From Candidatus Atabeyarchaeum deiterrae (GTDB lineage: Archaea > Asgardarchaeota > Atabeyarchaeia > Atabeyarchaeales > Atabeyarchaeaceae), in assembly GCA_037310415.1 (NCBI GenBank), contig CP147780.1, forward strand, positions 1,568,001-1,632,000: 64,000 bases of DNA, read 5' to 3'. Position 1 is the stretch's first letter. Each line of letters begins with the position of its first letter. Below, piece after piece: positions 1-9,433 of this stretch. The notes under the pieces were generated by a model. That model was not told the origin of the DNA. It made no database searches and saw only the letters and a list, made by a program, of their open reading frames with translations. The position numbers and the translations under genes were made by a program.

Positions 1-727
1 CTACCGCTCCTCTGCGTACGATCGAATTCTTATCCTTCAGAACACTCAATAGACCTGGAATCGCCTCCGCTCCGATGTTAGCAAGGGCTCCAGTAGCCCT
101 GTAACGAACCCTCCAATCTCCGTCTCCGAGAGCCACTAGGAGGCTAGGAACGGCCTTTGCCGTTCCTTTGCCCACACCAGTCAATGATTTGGCAGCTGCG
201 GTTCGAACGGTCCAACTCTTGTCTTTTAGAGCAATCATTAGATCTGGGATTGACTTATACGCGTCAGGTCCCATCTTCCCGAGTGCCGTAGCGGCTTCGG
301 CTCGAACTTCTTCACTGTCATCCTTTAGGGCAGAAGTTAAGCCGGAGACTGCTTCAGGTGAAGCTACTCTTATCTCTCCGATTGCCGTCGTAGCCTGCTT
401 ACGAACAGAGACTTCGCTGTCTTTAAGAGACTTCATCAAGCTTGGAAGAGCCCTTGCTGATTCACTACCTATCTTCCCTAGGGACTTTGCCGTCTCTCGA
501 CGTGTACTCCAGTCCTCGTCAGCAAGAAGCTTCGTCAAGCGGGGAACAGTAGACGCTGCGTCTGGACCCAATTCGCCTATCGCTATGACGGCGTTGAAAC
601 GAATTGATCTGATGGAATTGCTCAACTGTTTACCCAGTTCATCCAGTGCGGATGCATCTTTTCTTGCTCTTAAGACAACGACATCAATCCTACTGTCTCT
701 CAACAAGTCTTCCAGAGATGCGGACAT
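1..727 (-). CDS. HEAT (PBS lyase-like) repeat protein, 3' end runs off the window
   Basis: Not in the ORF track because there is no stop in the window. Minus-strand ATG at 727 with GAAGGAGG upstream; translates MSASLEDLLRDS...LADEDWSTRRETAKSLGKIG...LKDSEVSVRKQATTAIGEI...LKDDSEEVRAEAATALGKMG, i.e. about 33-aa HEAT repeats. Confidence 0.9.
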   Translation of the reverse strand, partial: MSASLEDLLRDSRIDVVVLRARKDASALDELGKQLSNSIRSIRFNAVIAIGELGPDAASTVPRLTKLLADEDWSTRRETAKSLGKIGSESARALPSLMKSLKDSEVSVRKQATTAIGEIRVASPEAVSGLTSALKDDSEEVRAEAATALGKMGPDAYKSIPDLMIALKDKSWTVRTAAAKSLTGVGKGTAKAVPSLLVALGDGDWRVRYRATGALANIGAEAIPGLLSVLKDKNSIVRRGAV

Positions 728-881
728 TGAGTTTGAGAACCTCCTTCAAATGAGGTGATAGTGAGTAAGGTGAGTGATATACCCCGTTTTCCAGCGACTA
801 GCTTTCCATTTTTCTGCAATTTCCTGCTCACGGCTTGAGACAAGATCAAATGAGTTGATGACCCCCGTGTTCTCTCAGTGT

Positions 882-1589
882 CTACGTTATGCCTAGATAT
901 ACTTCTTTTATTCTCGGTTCTTTCTTCAATTCTTTGCTGGTTCCTCTCATTTCGATTTTTCCTTCCTCAAGGACAGAGACGTTGTCTGACACATTTAGTG
1001 CCAGTACCGCGTCCTGCTCGACTAGGAGTGTCGTTGTACCAGTCTCCTTGATTTTGTTGATTGCTTCAAAGATCTTGGTTTTTATTCTGGGAGCTAGTCC
1101 CAATGAAGGTTCGTCGAGCAAAAGGAGCTTAGGGCTAGCCATTATTGCGCGAGCAATTGCGAGCATTTGCTGCTCTCCACCGCTAAGCGTGCCCGCTCGT
1201 TGCTTTTGCCTCTCCTTGAGAACAGGGAATATCTTGAATACGAGATTCAGAAGTTGTCTCCGTTTCGCTCCATCTTTTACTGTGTATGCACCCAGATCGA
1301 GGTTTTCGATTACAGTCATGTCGGGAAATAGCCTGCGCCTTTCCGGGCAAAGGGCGATCCCTCTTCTAGCTATCTCATATGGTTCCAGCTCATCAATCCT
1401 CTCACCCATGAAAGATATCGTTCCCCTGTCGATCTCTTCCAGACCCGCTATTGCCCTGAGTAGAGTCGTCTTTCCGGCTCCATTTGGTCCAATAACCGAA
1501 TCTAAGGCTTTCTTTTCAACTCTTAGACTAACATCTTCAAGGGCTTTCGCTTTGCCATAATAATGGTAAATCTTCCTTACTTCAAGCAA
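882..1589 (-). CDS. livF: Branched-chain amino acid ABC transporter ATP-binding protein (LivF-like)
   Basis: GPNGAGKTT, LSGGEQQMLA, LLLDEPSLGLAP. Start moved to TTG 1589 (GGAGGTG upstream, overlaps the livG stop). Confidence 0.93.
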   Translation of the reverse strand: MLEVRKIYHYYGKAKALEDVSLRVEKKALDSVIGPNGAGKTTLLRAIAGLEEIDRGTISFMGERIDELEPYEIARRGIALCPERRRLFPDMTVIENLDLGAYTVKDGAKRRQLLNLVFKIFPVLKERQKQRAGTLSGGEQQMLAIARAIMASPKLLLLDEPSLGLAPRIKTKIFEAINKIKETGTTTLLVEQDAVLALNVSDNVSVLEEGKIEMRGTSKELKKEPRIKEVYLGIT

Positions 1590-2325
1590 ATCCTGCACCT
1601 CCACCCAAATAGGCTTCAACTACGGTCTTGTTGTTTGCAACCTCCTTTGGTGGGCCATCAGCAATCAACTTACCTTGATGCATCGCCAGAACTCTGGGAA
1701 CCAGTGTCATGATTTCACGCATAACATGCCCTGTTACAAAGATCGTAACACCCTCGTCATTCAAGCCTCTAACCAGATTAACGATGCTCATTGATTCTTC
1801 ATGGGCAAGTCCGCTAAACGGTTCATCAAGCAAAATCATTTGCGGGTTGGTCGAAAGCGTTCTTGCAATCTCGAGCTTCCTAAGATCCCCGTGAGGCAGA
1901 ACTACTGGAGGAATTCGAGCTTTATCTATGAGACCAACTGATGAAAGAATCATGCTCGAGTACTCGTCAATGCCCACATCTTTCGAGGCAGCTCTTCCCC
2001 TTGGCGACAAGCATCCGACCCCGACGTTGTCGAGCAGAGTGAGGAAGCGGAAAGGTCTGACCAACTGAAACGTTCTGGCCAGACCTTTGGCCACAACCTG
2101 AAAGGGCTTGAACCCTGTAATGTCGACTCCATCAAACCTGATTGACCCAGAACTAGGTTTCTCAAACCCGGATAGTAAATTGAATAGAGTAGTCTTTCCC
2201 GCTCCATTGGGACCTATGAGACCTACGACAGTTCCGCGTTCTATCTCGAAGCTTACATCATTCACCGCGGTCAGCCCCATGAACCTCTTCGTCACGTTCT
2301 TAGCTTCTAAGATGGTCCCCATCAT
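1582..2325 (-). CDS. livG: Branched-chain amino acid ABC transporter ATP-binding protein (LivG-like)
   Basis: GPNGAGKTT, ARTFQ, LLDEP, C-terminal V..AYLG. Confidence 0.93.
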   Translation of the reverse strand: MMGTILEAKNVTKRFMGLTAVNDVSFEIERGTVVGLIGPNGAGKTTLFNLLSGFEKPSSGSIRFDGVDITGFKPFQVVAKGLARTFQLVRPFRFLTLLDNVGVGCLSPRGRAASKDVGIDEYSSMILSSVGLIDKARIPPVVLPHGDLRKLEIARTLSTNPQMILLDEPFSGLAHEESMSIVNLVRGLNDEGVTIFVTGHVMREIMTLVPRVLAMHQGKLIADGPPKEVANNKTVVEAYLGGGAGFA

Positions 2326-2358
2326 TCACGCACCACTGATTAAACTCTCCCTGTTCAC

Positions 2359-3450
2359 CTATTTCCCTCTGAGCATATCCAACCACTCTTTCATATACTT
2401 CACCAACGGCTTGGTGAACCCGCTTGATGCGAATCTGATGACAAAGATCAAGACTGCAGCGAAAATCAGCATGCTTAATGCTGCTGCGTCTCTCAGGAAT
2501 TCTCCGAGAAACACGAAGAAGTAGGCGCCGCCGATCGATCCGAATATTGTCCCTAGTCCGCCCAGCGCCACAATGACAATCGGATAGAATGACATTATCG
2601 TAGAGAATCTTTCTGGATCTGCCCCTCTGAAATGCAGGGCGAAAAGCGAACCAGCAATTCCTGCAAAGAATGCGCTTATCATTAGCGCAACTAACTTGTA
2701 CTTAGTTACGTTTATGCCCGCTGCTTCAGCAGAGGTTTCATCATCACGAATTGCTCTGAAGATCGTCCCCACTCTTGAATTGACAATGACGATCATGACT
2801 ACAACGCACCCAACCATGAAGGCTAGATTCACAAAATACTCTATTATCGGATCCGGAGACAATGGGCGAACGCCTGACACTCCCCCTGATCCTCCGAGCC
2901 AAGGCCCCAATGAACCCATTCTGAACAGAGTGTTTAAAATCAATGCTAAGGCCAGCGTTCCGAGGGCAAAGTAGGGACCGTGCAACCTCAGACTAGGAAC
3001 TCCCACGAGCAACGCGAGCACGACTGTGACCAGCGCCCCAGCGATGAGAGCGACCTGCCATGATTGATCGAAGTACTGAACAACCGCTGAGGTGACATAG
3101 CCAGACATACCCAGAAATGCGGCGTGTCCAAAACTAACCTGTCCAGCGAATCCAGCCAATAGATCCCAGCTTGCTGCGAAAATTGCGAATATATTAGCGT
3201 ATATGAAGAGCCCCAGATAGTACTCGCTACTTGTCGCTAATGGAAAGAAAATCACACCCAGCAAACACAGCAATGTCAGAACACCTGGGAATGTCTTGAC
3301 CCATAACCTGAACCGCCGTGATGTTGGAGGTATCTCCTTGAAAAAGTGCCTTGTGGCACTCGGTACCCATTTGCCAAAGTTCTTAGTTGCCGACGCGGCG
3401 TTGCTGACTGACCGACGAATCTTCTTCGGCATTCTTTGTGCTTCCCTCAC
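2359..3450 (-). CDS. livM: Branched-chain amino acid ABC transporter permease (LivM-like)
   Basis: GFAGQVSFGHAAF, LRLHGPYFALGTLA, RAIRDDE.SAEAAGIN; multiple TM segments. Confidence 0.92.
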   Translation of the reverse strand: MREAQRMPKKIRRSVSNAASATKNFGKWVPSATRHFFKEIPPTSRRFRLWVKTFPGVLTLLCLLGVIFFPLATSSEYYLGLFIYANIFAIFAASWDLLAGFAGQVSFGHAAFLGMSGYVTSAVVQYFDQSWQVALIAGALVTVVLALLVGVPSLRLHGPYFALGTLALALILNTLFRMGSLGPWLGGSGGVSGVRPLSPDPIIEYFVNLAFMVGCVVVMIVIVNSRVGTIFRAIRDDETSAEAAGINVTKYKLVALMISAFFAGIAGSLFALHFRGADPERFSTIMSFYPIVIVALGGLGTIFGSIGGAYFFVFLGEFLRDAAALSMLIFAAVLIFVIRFASSGFTKPLVKYMKEWLDMLRGK

Positions 3451-3496
3451 TGAAGTGTTCTCGTATTCTGCTCAATCCGGCTTATTCGGTTGCGCC

Positions 3497-4366
3497 TTAT
3501 TGGACCTCCTTCTTTCCAAGCAAGCCTTGCGGTCTGAACACAAGTACCAAGAAGATAACAATTAGGGGAACCAGCTCTGCTAAGGCTGGGTCTATGAAGA
3601 AGGTGCAGAAGTTTCTGGCATATGCAATGACGAATGCCCCTATTATGCTCCCTGGGATGCTTCCCATACCTCCAAGGACGACGACCGAAAATGCCACGAG
3701 CAATATGCTCCAGCCCATAGGAGGGTATAGAGCTGATGCTGGCACGTAGAGGACGGCAGCTGCACCTGCAAGAAGAGATGATAACATGACCGTTAACAAG
3801 AGAATTCTATCAGCGTTTATCCCCATTAGTGTTGCGGTCTCCCGATCCTCTGCAACAGCCCGAATAGACTTTCCAACCTTTGCCTTCCACATGAATACTG
3901 TCACTAAGGACACGAGGAGCATGGACCCTACAAAAGCTACAACATCTTGCGCAAGAAATTTGACTCCTAGGAACTCCACGCTACCGTTAACCAGCATTCC
4001 TACGGTCGTAGGAGTCACAACTCCCCCCGTCCTAGCAGACTCTATTACCTTTACGAACTGCTCCATGAAAACAGCCAATGCAAAGGTCGCAATCACAACA
4101 CCAATATGGGTTTTCTGTAGAGGCTTGATGAGCAGCAAATACGAAATAGCTCCCACGAGGAGTGCGACAACCAGCGCCAAGATCATGGCTGATTGAAGGC
4201 CTACAGCAGGTACAAACCATAGTAATGCATAAGCGGCAATCAAGTAGAATGCTCCATGAGCTAGGTTCAGAACGCCTCCAACGCCGTAAACCAAGGAGAA
4301 ACCGAGAGCCAATAGTGCGAAGACTGCTCCTTGAATTGCTCCGAAGATAAGTACTTCCTCTATCAA
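3497..4366 (-). CDS. livH: Branched-chain amino acid ABC transporter permease (LivH-like)
   Basis: ALGFSLVYG..GVLNLAHG, GKSIRAVAED, VVVLGGMGS; GGAGG upstream of TTG. Confidence 0.92.
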   Translation of the reverse strand: MIEEVLIFGAIQGAVFALLALGFSLVYGVGGVLNLAHGAFYLIAAYALLWFVPAVGLQSAMILALVVALLVGAISYLLLIKPLQKTHIGVVIATFALAVFMEQFVKVIESARTGGVVTPTTVGMLVNGSVEFLGVKFLAQDVVAFVGSMLLVSLVTVFMWKAKVGKSIRAVAEDRETATLMGINADRILLLTVMLSSLLAGAAAVLYVPASALYPPMGWSILLVAFSVVVLGGMGSIPGSIIGAFVIAYARNFCTFFIDPALAELVPLIVIFLVLVFRPQGLLGKKEVQ

Positions 4367-4531
4367 GCTGAATCAGCCTCCTACAATCCCACGATAATGC
4401 AATAGTTCTGGTTTCTTTCTTCCTGATGGCTCGGATGACGAACATTCAGTTATCGTTACTTTCGTTATCGCGTTACAGTCTTATTTCAAAAAAATGGGGG
4501 AGTTGGGTTTAGCCGTTTTTACTCAGCTTCC

Positions 4532-5908
4532 TTATGCAGGGTTCAAAGCCCACGGTGGTGGTTGTATGTTGCCCGTCTTAAGGTTGTTCGGGTAGATCAG
4601 GGCATTCGACGAGATGGTAATCTTAGTCCCATTACTGAGCCATTCACAGAACAGTGTGTATCCATATGGGTATCCCGCTACTACGTCGTGAGATCTTGTG
4701 AAGGCAAGCTGTCCACTGATTCCTGTCATTGGACTGCCTTTGTTCACTGTTTCAAGTTGTGTAACAAGTTTGTCGTTCGTGAAAGACTGGGTCTTGTTGA
4801 TTGCGTCTGTCAGTAACTTGACTGCATCGTAGGTGCCGACCGCTGTGTACAGCGGGGAATGTCCGAATCTAGCCTTGAAAGCGTCCCAGAATGGTATCGT
4901 CAGCGAGGTCTTGTTGGTTCTATCTACCGCCTGCATTATGATCTCGTACCCACACTTTCCGCTAGAGCTTGCCCAATACGTGTCAAGTTGTGATTGCACA
5001 TCGATCCCAACGATGACGCATCCCGGTGTAGAGGCGTTATACTGTGTCATCATGTATATTCCACCCTGCGCCGAGATTACTGGGATCACCATCTGTGCTC
5101 CTGCAGATTGTATTGTGCTCCAATACCCCGCGAAGTCCGTGGAGGTTGCTGTAATTGGGTAGGCTATGTCTGCCACAGGTGCAGTGTCGAACCCATAGTA
5201 TCTCAGATAAGCTTTCAGGGCATTTGCCAAAGGTATCGCCCAGTCGAGGTCTTCCCTAAGAATAGCCCACTTGTGTATACTGACGTTCTTAACTGCAGAT
5301 AGATACGCTCTGAGATAGGCCAGTTCCGAGATTATCTGTCCACCGAGGCTGGTTGAGTTGATTGGCATGGTTCTGAAACAGTACTTGTATCTGCTGTATT
5401 GATCTATCACGACTTGGCAGAAGTAGTCCGTAGCTGCGCCTGTATGGATGAATAGAAGCTTCTTGTCCATCACCACTTCCAAGTATGCCTTCACCGATTC
5501 AGTTCTGAATCCGCCAATTATGTACTGAGCTTTGTCTTCCACTATTATCTTCTGGGCTGCAGTTACTCCTTTTGTTATGTCGAGTGCTGGTTCCGCTTCG
5601 TATGTGTCTTCCCTTATGATCCCGAGGTAGTATGTCGTTCCGTTGACATCTATGCCGCCTGCACTGTTAATTTCGTACGCCGCTAGCCAAGCCCCTTTCC
5701 AGGCTCCGTCTCCCTGTATCTCAGTCATCGGATCAAGAATCCCTATCTTGATAATACGGTCAAACGGGACACCTGCGGGTGCTCCTGGGGTTTCGTATGC
5801 TGGGTATCTTGGTATAGACATCCACCAGAGTCCAGCTCCGACACCCACAATGACTATTGCGAGTACGCCAACGGCTAGTGCTCTCTTTTGTCCTAAGGAC
5901 ATTGGCAT
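4532..5908 (-). CDS. ABC transporter substrate-binding protein (LivJ/K-type) with N-terminal membrane anchor
   Basis: N-terminal TM helix, IKIGIL..., A.LAA.EIN.AGGI, YDAV.LL..AI motifs; heads the liv operon. Confidence 0.88.
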   Translation of the reverse strand: MPMSLGQKRALAVGVLAIVIVGVGAGLWWMSIPRYPAYETPGAPAGVPFDRIIKIGILDPMTEIQGDGAWKGAWLAAYEINSAGGIDVNGTTYYLGIIREDTYEAEPALDITKGVTAAQKIIVEDKAQYIIGGFRTESVKAYLEVVMDKKLLFIHTGAATDYFCQVVIDQYSRYKYCFRTMPINSTSLGGQIISELAYLRAYLSAVKNVSIHKWAILREDLDWAIPLANALKAYLRYYGFDTAPVADIAYPITATSTDFAGYWSTIQSAGAQMVIPVISAQGGIYMMTQYNASTPGCVIVGIDVQSQLDTYWASSSGKCGYEIIMQAVDRTNKTSLTIPFWDAFKARFGHSPLYTAVGTYDAVKLLTDAINKTQSFTNDKLVTQLETVNKGSPMTGISGQLAFTRSHDVVAGYPYGYTLFCEWLSNGTKITISSNALIYPNNLKTGNIQPPPWALNPA

Positions 5909-6486
5909 TTTGTAGTCCTCTCTCCCTTTCTTCGGTTTCAATTATTACGTTGTCCCTCATTTTATTAGTAGGTTATATAAAACCCTTTCGACTTCCACTT
6001 GATGCATATTAATGCGTATTTGATTTTCATCGTTCTTCACCCCCATTTTCAACGCGAGTTGAAATGGAATTGGCGCGCAACTTCGAAATCGGCAGAATAC
6101 GGCATTCACCGCACCATGGTTGGAGCCACAGGGACCTGACCCAGGAATTTGAATGGGGGACCTCTCAACATCGATACTGGAATCAAGTACGCTGATCCCA
6201 TGCTCAGGAGCAATTTGTAACTGCCAACAAACTGTTAAGAATTACGAATGGTACAAGTTCAATGAAAAGAATAAGGGAATCTTACCAGCGTGTCTGGGGA
6301 TGATGGGAAGATGGCAGGGACACCAATGCCCTGGAAGAAAGATGCGACCTAGATTTGTACTGTGAAAGCGTTTCAAGATAAATAGTTGTGTTGCGATAGG
6401 GAACGTATTGGGGATCGCTGTTGAATGCGTTTCCCGCTAACTTATTGAAGCATAATAGGCTTCTTCAAGAGGGAAGTTGAGTTCGT

Positions 6487-7182
6487 ATGAATCCTGGAAA
6501 ATACCCTGCTGAAGCACTTCTTCGTGACCTTGGGGTTGGTCAAGGCAAGGCTATCTATGAGACTGTTCTGTCAACTTGCACAATTGACGGCAAACCAGAC
6601 GCTGCACCCATGGGAATACAGTTCGTCGCCGACGAGAAGAAAGCGGGAAAAAGGAGGGTTCTAATCAGACCGTTCAGGTCGACTAACACGTACAAGAATC
6701 TCTCGTCACAAGGCGAAGCTGTGGTCAATGTGACTTCCAATCCAGAAGTTTTCTATAAGACAGCCTTCAAAAGAAAGTTAACTGGAGAATCCGAATTCAA
6801 GTTATCTTTCCGTGCTTCAAGAAAAGTCAAGCCCCCACGCTTGAAAGGATGCGATGCCTATCTTGAGATCGCGGTTATGGAAATAGTGGATGACAAGGAA
6901 GATGAGAAGAACAGAAGCGAGGTTCTGTGCGAGCTGAGGTTGGTCGAGGTGAAGAAGGCTTCAGCGAAGCTTTATTGGAGAGCACCATATGTGTTGATGG
7001 AAGCGATGATTCACGCGACAAGAGTTGAGGAGTTTTTTTCACTCGGCTTGACCGACAAAGCCAATGAGCTCGTGGGATTGATAGCCAACTACAAAGAGCT
7101 AATTCGAAGAATAGCCCCAGACTCGCATTACGAAACGCTAGTGAACCAATTGTTGACGTTTGTTGAAGGGAAAAGAGAGTAG
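6487..7182 (+). CDS. DUF447 family protein (split-barrel fold, H4MPT-linked)
   Basis: IYETVLST...P.AAPMGI, RPF.ST.TY.NL, EA.IHATR motifs; upstream of RFAP synthase. Confidence 0.8.
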   Translation: MNPGKYPAEALLRDLGVGQGKAIYETVLSTCTIDGKPDAAPMGIQFVADEKKAGKRRVLIRPFRSTNTYKNLSSQGEAVVNVTSNPEVFYKTAFKRKLTGESEFKLSFRASRKVKPPRLKGCDAYLEIAVMEIVDDKEDEKNRSEVLCELRLVEVKKASAKLYWRAPYVLMEAMIHATRVEEFFSLGLTDKANELVGLIANYKELIRRIAPDSHYETLVNQLLTFVEGKRE

Positions 7183-7231
7183 AATCAGTCCAATTTGGCA
7201 TAATGAAAGACTGCAGAGGCAGGGGAAAAGC

Positions 7232-8218
7232 ATGGAGAAGGTAAGCGTCAGCGCTCCTGCAAGAATACATATGGGCATACTAAACCCTTCACGAGAAATC
7301 GGAGATAGATTGTATGCTTCCGTTGGCGTTGGTATTCTGCAGCCGAGAACCATTGTCGAAGTTCAACGCTCCGATGGACTCAAAGTGAGGGGTCCTAGGT
7401 TGGACGAGAGTAAGAAATTCGCGACAAAAGTACTCAACTACTTCAAACTCAAGGGTGCAGAGATTGACGTTCTTACTACTCCTCCACAGCATGCTGGTCT
7501 CGGATCCACAACACAACTATCACTTTCGATTGCAGCGGGGATAGTTAAAGCATACGGACTGGACGCCGAACCAGTCGAGTTAGCAGTGATTCTCAAACGC
7601 GGAGAACAGTCAGCGACAGGCACTTATGTCTTCCAGCATGGAGGATTTGTTGTAGAGGGGGGATGGGGATGTAAGACCACTTTCCCTCCACTGTTATTCC
7701 ACTACTCCGTTCCAGAGGACTGGAGATTTCTCATAGTCATCCCCAAGAACAGAAGCTTCGATGAAAAGCAAGAACTAGATGTTTTTAGAAAGTTGCCAAA
7801 ACCCAAGAAGGACTTAGTTTACGAGGCATGTTATAGAATTCTTCTGGGTATGGCTCCTGCGGTTCTTGAGAAGAACATTGAATCATTCGGTGCAAACCTA
7901 ACTAAACTGCAAGAACTCGTTGGAGCAGTGTTCTCGGAGGCTCAAGATGGTGTGTTTGAGCCTCATTCAGCGCCACTGATCAGGAAACTCAAGGAGATGG
8001 GCGCCTCAGGCGTTGGCCAGAGTTCGTGGGGTCCAGCCGTGTACGCGTTATTTCCTGGAAAACTTGGCATTAACCTTGAGGGTCTCCTCAAGAAAAAGCT
8101 CATGTGTGAGGAGATCACCAAAGACTCTGATGGTAACCTCCATGGGTCTTCTGACTTTTTGGATGTCTACTTCACTCGGACCGATAACAAAGGAGCTCTA
8201 GTATCTATCCTCAAATAA
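7232..8218 (+). CDS. mptG: Beta-ribofuranosylaminobenzene 5'-phosphate (RFAP) synthase, GHMP kinase family
   Basis: PARIHMG, PQHAGLGSTTQL, F.HGGFVVEGG, GQSSWGPAVY, DNKGA. Start taken as ATG 7232. Confidence 0.88.
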   Translation: MEKVSVSAPARIHMGILNPSREIGDRLYASVGVGILQPRTIVEVQRSDGLKVRGPRLDESKKFATKVLNYFKLKGAEIDVLTTPPQHAGLGSTTQLSLSIAAGIVKAYGLDAEPVELAVILKRGEQSATGTYVFQHGGFVVEGGWGCKTTFPPLLFHYSVPEDWRFLIVIPKNRSFDEKQELDVFRKLPKPKKDLVYEACYRILLGMAPAVLEKNIESFGANLTKLQELVGAVFSEAQDGVFEPHSAPLIRKLKEMGASGVGQSSWGPAVYALFPGKLGINLEGLLKKKLMCEEITKDSDGNLHGSSDFLDVYFTRTDNKGALVSILK

Positions 8219-8255
8219 CAAGCTCTGGAATTCCAACTTTCTCGGACCCGCTACA

Positions 8256-9383
8256 CTATTGTCTGTCTTTGAGTTTCTTGACTATCTCCATAGCTCTGAA
8301 TTCAGGAAGGTAAATGTTGTCGAGAACAGTTCCCTTGCTTTCCTTTATTCTCAACCTGTCAGTCAGGGGCTTATAGCGTCCTCCTTCAATACCATTAGCA
8401 ATTATCGCTGCTCCTTGAGCAGCGTCCTTGGCTTTCTTTGTGAATCTGGTTGGAGACCGAACTTCCACATTTAGTTTCTTGCTCAGTTCAGCTTTGACCC
8501 CATCAAAAATGGTTTTGACTCGTGAGAGTCTTCCAGTCAAGATAACCTCTTTTGGTCTCTCTTTCAGATCCGTGATCCCCATTGATACAGCCTTGACTAC
8601 CCCTTCTAGCATGGATAGCCAAGCAGTTTCGTAACCTTCTTTGCGTGATTGCACGCCTTTTACGAATTCATCCAACTCAATTACCTTGGCTCCGCCTCGG
8701 AATGTCGCTATGTGACTTGCTCCCCCTTCAAATAACTTGAGTTTGGTGAATGCACCAAGGAAATATGCTAATTCTCCGTCCATTAGACTTAGAGTCAAGT
8801 AGCCTGGGCCGGGGAATATTGTGCCCCCGATTCCATCGATTATCTCGCCTTTCTCAACTATCATTGCAGCGTTGTACCCAAATCCCATCTCGAGAGAGAT
8901 CAAGTTGGTTTCATTATAGTCTATTCCATACTTCATAGCTTGATCCCATATGGCGTACGCCGCAACGCATGTTTTGTCAGCAGTTCCCATGTCTATCTTA
9001 TTCACTTTCCTGTGGAGCGGAACTGTGGGAAGCTGTACCACACCCGGGAGGGAGTAAGCATTCATTTTCCCATCTTTCATCATCCAAAGAAGTTTTCTGA
9101 GACCAGAAAGCACGGGTATCTCAACGTCACCAATTTTGTCCAGTGTGGTCAACGCAATATCAGCATTCGTAAACTTGGAAATATGCTTAAACTCCAACCC
9201 ATAGCCAGACGGACCAACGATTACATCAGGCTGAACTTCCTTGATTACTTTGAACACGGCGGCAGGATCAGATGCCACCAGTTCACTGGCGAGAGACTCG
9301 TCTAGCACTACGTGATCCATGTCATCTTCAATACAACACAAGTCGAAGGATCTCGTCCCAGGATCGACGCCTAACGCTCTCAT
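8256..9383 (-). CDS. DUF1464 family protein (ASKHA/butyrate kinase-like)
   Basis: GVDPGTRSFD, GPSGYG, HRKVNKIDMGTADK, AAQGAAIIANG. Confidence 0.82.
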   Translation of the reverse strand: MRALGVDPGTRSFDLCCIEDDMDHVVLDESLASELVASDPAAVFKVIKEVQPDVIVGPSGYGLEFKHISKFTNADIALTTLDKIGDVEIPVLSGLRKLLWMMKDGKMNAYSLPGVVQLPTVPLHRKVNKIDMGTADKTCVAAYAIWDQAMKYGIDYNETNLISLEMGFGYNAAMIVEKGEIIDGIGGTIFPGPGYLTLSLMDGELAYFLGAFTKLKLFEGGASHIATFRGGAKVIELDEFVKGVQSRKEGYETAWLSMLEGVVKAVSMGITDLKERPKEVILTGRLSRVKTIFDGVKAELSKKLNVEVRSPTRFTKKAKDAAQGAAIIANGIEGGRYKPLTDRLRIKESKGTVLDNIYLPEFRAMEIVKKLKDRQ

Positions 9384-9433
9384 GATGGACGAAAACGCCT
9401 CTTTTCAATCTGGATTCCGGTAAGGTTGTCACA

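Noticed and set aside
168-758. 196-aa plus-strand ORF
   Set aside because: Antisense shadow of the minus-strand HEAT-repeat gene (1-727).
889-1560. 223-aa plus-strand ORF, and the many similar Ser/Pro-rich antisense ORFs in the track (e.g. 22260-22748, 38849-39322, 58757-59245)
   Set aside because: They lie opposite well-supported genes and show no motifs or RBS.
5960-6480. Long intergenic region as ncRNA or small gene (6153-6365 ORF; 43-aa ORF from 6064)
   Set aside because: No recognisable RNA structure or protein motif; explained as a divergent promoter region.
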